A stretch of DNA of 64,000 bases from Mobula hypostoma (Eukaryota). The translations under genes and the position numbers were made by a program. The notes beneath the pieces are model-generated. The model made no database searches and had not been told where the DNA came from. It worked only from the letters and a program-made list of their open reading frames with translations. Location of the stretch: NCBI RefSeq assembly GCF_963921235.1, contig NC_086097.1, positions 71,860,001 through 71,924,000 on the forward strand, given 5' to 3'. Of the stretch, positions 61,486 through 64,000 are shown in pieces (within the stretch, counting starts at the first letter, position 1; every line of letters begins with the position of its first letter).

Positions 61486-62200
61486 TACAGTGGATTCCAG
61501 CCAATTGGTCCATTGGTAAATCAGGGTAGCTGCTTATTTGGGACAACTCTTAAATTACAAAAATTAATCAAGAACCTAGCCAGGATTCCCTTCATTTATT
61601 TAGGACACTATGCCACTTCATTAGTGCAGCAGACTGTTACCATCGTTTTTCTAGCTAACATCAGTTGCATGAACTTGTATGGCCATCAGATACTGTACTG
61701 TGCTTAGAGCACAGTTTTTAAATAATGTCAGTTTTGTGTCTACTTCCTAAGCCCATCAGCCTTAGTGGGCCATAGGCTGCTGACTGGAGTATGGCCACTG
61801 TCGCACGCAAACTGTTACTTGGAGCCACAGCTGAGAGTTGAGTGTCTGGTGAGGACTAAAGTGAGTGAGCTGCCCCAGAATGGACACGACAAGCTCCTTC
61901 ACCAGAGGTGCAACCCCTCCCTGGACATCCCATACATGGCAATGTAGACTGGATGAATTCATCCGTCGATAACAATTAGGAACCAATACACAGTTTTATG
62001 GTACTGTAGTAGCATTGGCAGTGTTCTAACTTGTTCTGTATTTCATTTAAATACACAATTTGTTACTGAATAAAATGGTAGTTTGTCTTTTTTATACCTT
62101 TTTAACTATTTCCAAGAAACTTGGACTAATTAGGGCAGCCGCTTAATTGGGCCAAAATGTACTGGTCCTGGTGTGTCCCAATGAACTGAAATCCACTGTA
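61486..62200. mobile_element. Non-autonomous Tc1/mariner-pogo (Tigger-like) DNA transposon
   Basis: TA-CAGTGGATT... and ...AATCCACTG-TA. A subterminal gc.gctta.ttggg motif occurs at both ends. Confidence 0.8.
61742..61932 (-). mobile_element. Short RTE/RTEX-derived non-autonomous element nested in the MITE
   Basis: The minus strand has gggaggggttgcacctctggtgaaggagcttgtcgtgtcc (RTEX-like 5' end) joined to gcagcctatggcccactaaggctgatgggcttaggaag (3'-tail-like). Confidence 0.5.
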
Positions 62201-62983
62201 TTGGACTTCTACCAACACATCAGGTGAAGTCAACTTTGTTAGTGTGGAGAAAGGAGCTAATCTTGATCCACAGAGGCCAATAGCATTCTAAGTCATAAAT
62301 GTTCCTATGGAACTAATGGAAGAATCAATTAATTTCTTTTGATAAAAACCAGTGAATTCAAGGCTAAGTTCTACAAATGCAATTTGTTTTGCTAACTTAT
62401 GTCATTTATGTCTGTGTTGAAAAGTAATGTTGCTTGAGTTTTCAAAAACACCACGAATATTTTAAATCTGGAAGCGTTATCTTATCATAGGGAGGAGTCG
62501 TGTTAGACATAGAGCAATGATGGGGTTAATAGCTTATGAAGGCATTACAGCATAACTTTGTGTATCAATGAAGAGAGGTACAGAGTTAACGATTCAGAGT
62601 TTTTCAGAAAAGTGGTAGAGTTTCTGACTGCAGAAACAGTTTCCCAGATAACTGTTTCCATCAACTTGGGCAAGGGTAAGCCCCTGAGGGAGCCTCACTG
62701 CTGGCATGCCAATGGCACTCGTAGTTGGATTGCTCATGGCAATGGAGTGCCAACATGCTGAAGGTTCTGAACAATTTTAAGAAATCTATCCATAGGAACT
62801 GCACTGGATTAGAACCCGTGCAGGTTTGGTGGCTCCTTTTCAATGGAGAAAATTGGCAACAAGGGAGAGGCTTATGGGACCCCCTGAAATATTCACTTTG
62901 TTTCTCTCTTCACAAATAACATCTGCCAGTATTGTCTTTTTATTTTTCATTTGCATAATTTACCTAGTATTTGTCTTGTTTCA

Positions 62984-63001
62984 GTGTGTGTGTGCGTGTG
63001 T

Positions 63002-63043
<42 letters not shown>
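62984..63043. repeat. (GT)n microsatellite, ~30 units with two interruptions
   Basis: Read directly from the sequence. Confidence 0.97.
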
Positions 63044-63047
<4 letters not shown>

Positions 63048-64000
63048 AGCTTGCATATGCAGAAGCAGTCTATTATTATGCTAGCTCTCTGAGAAAATGT
63101 AAGTGGAACCAGTATTTAAAATGACACTTAACTAATTCAACAAAGATCAAACAAACATAGAGATCCTGTTGAGATCCCTCTCTGTTTCCTCTGTTATCAT
63201 CTCCCGCTTAGAGCTTGCTGCAAACACTGTTAGTAGATCAAGGTCAGCTGGCAAAAGTGAAAAAAAATGCTGCACTAGTGGTATTGTTCTAAGAGCACAT
63301 ATTGTTGAATGAATGAAATAAAGCAATGTTACATCAGCTTAATTATTCATATCATAGAATTAGCCATGCTTCGAAGAAATACAACATGAAAACAGTAATC
63401 ACTGATTATTTCTACAGGAAATTCCAATTCCTAGTGAAAACTTTAATTGAGCTTGATATAAAGTATGAAATCAGATAGAATTTGTTCAGTGTTGCAAAAG
63501 TGGGTTTCAGCCGTGCCATTAGACTCAATGGTCAAAACATCAAATACTTGGGTGGTAGTGATTTGTAAATCTCTGGTACAAATGCTAATCACTGGAAAAT
63601 CAGATGTTAAGTTCAAATCTGAATTCGAAGATTTTTGATAATTGAGGATAGTGAGGGATGTGGAAAGAGTGTGGACATGGAATTTGGTCATCGATCAGTC
63701 TCAATCCCATTGGATGACAGAAAATAGTCAAGTGACTGAATGGACTTCTCTTATTCCTAAACTCCTTTGCTGCATACATATATCCTTTTTGCAATCATCT
63801 TAAACCAAAGAAACATGAAAAAAAGAGTATTTCTACTCTGAAGGAAACATCAGAATGTCTGTACAGAGTTGTATAAGAGAATATGCAATACGTGAAAGAT
63901 TATTTTGGGAAGTTTCCCAAAATTACAAGGAATTAAGTTCAAACTAGCAAAACAAAGACTGGTAGGGGAATTCCTTCTTTACATTTCAAGTAGCAAATGC

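Noticed and set aside
1..64000. CRISPR arrays, prokaryotic operons or retron-type RT systems
   Set aside because: There are no regularly spaced repeats, and all RTs belong to eukaryotic retrotransposon clades.

Overview
Repeat-dense eukaryotic DNA with no recognisable host protein-coding gene. The repeat mix (CR1, Penelope-like, Rex1/L2, RTE, V-SINE-like, Gypsy, BEL/Pao) suggests a vertebrate, probably a cartilaginous fish; this is inference. Main elements: (1) a 5'-truncated young CR1 LINE with an intact 999-codon ORF2 whose ORF1/ORF2 overlap carries an in-phase U_UUA_AAC slippery heptamer and lacks an in-frame AUG before the endonuclease; (2) a ~2.15-kb Penelope-like fold-back palindrome with a 15-bp TSD and a minimal type-I hammerhead ribozyme motif in each arm, plus several decayed copies of that motif elsewhere; (3) a 12.9-kb BEL/Pao element with both LTRs and a 5-bp TSD that hosts nested Gypsy, solo-LTR and CR1 insertions; (4) a solo LTR with a 4-bp TSD inside a 5'-inverted CR1. 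There are also many decayed LINE fragments, MITEs and SINE-like elements. Most short ORFs in the track are antisense or frameshifted repeat by-products. Boundaries of decayed repeats are approximate, and family names come from motif recognition, not database searches.
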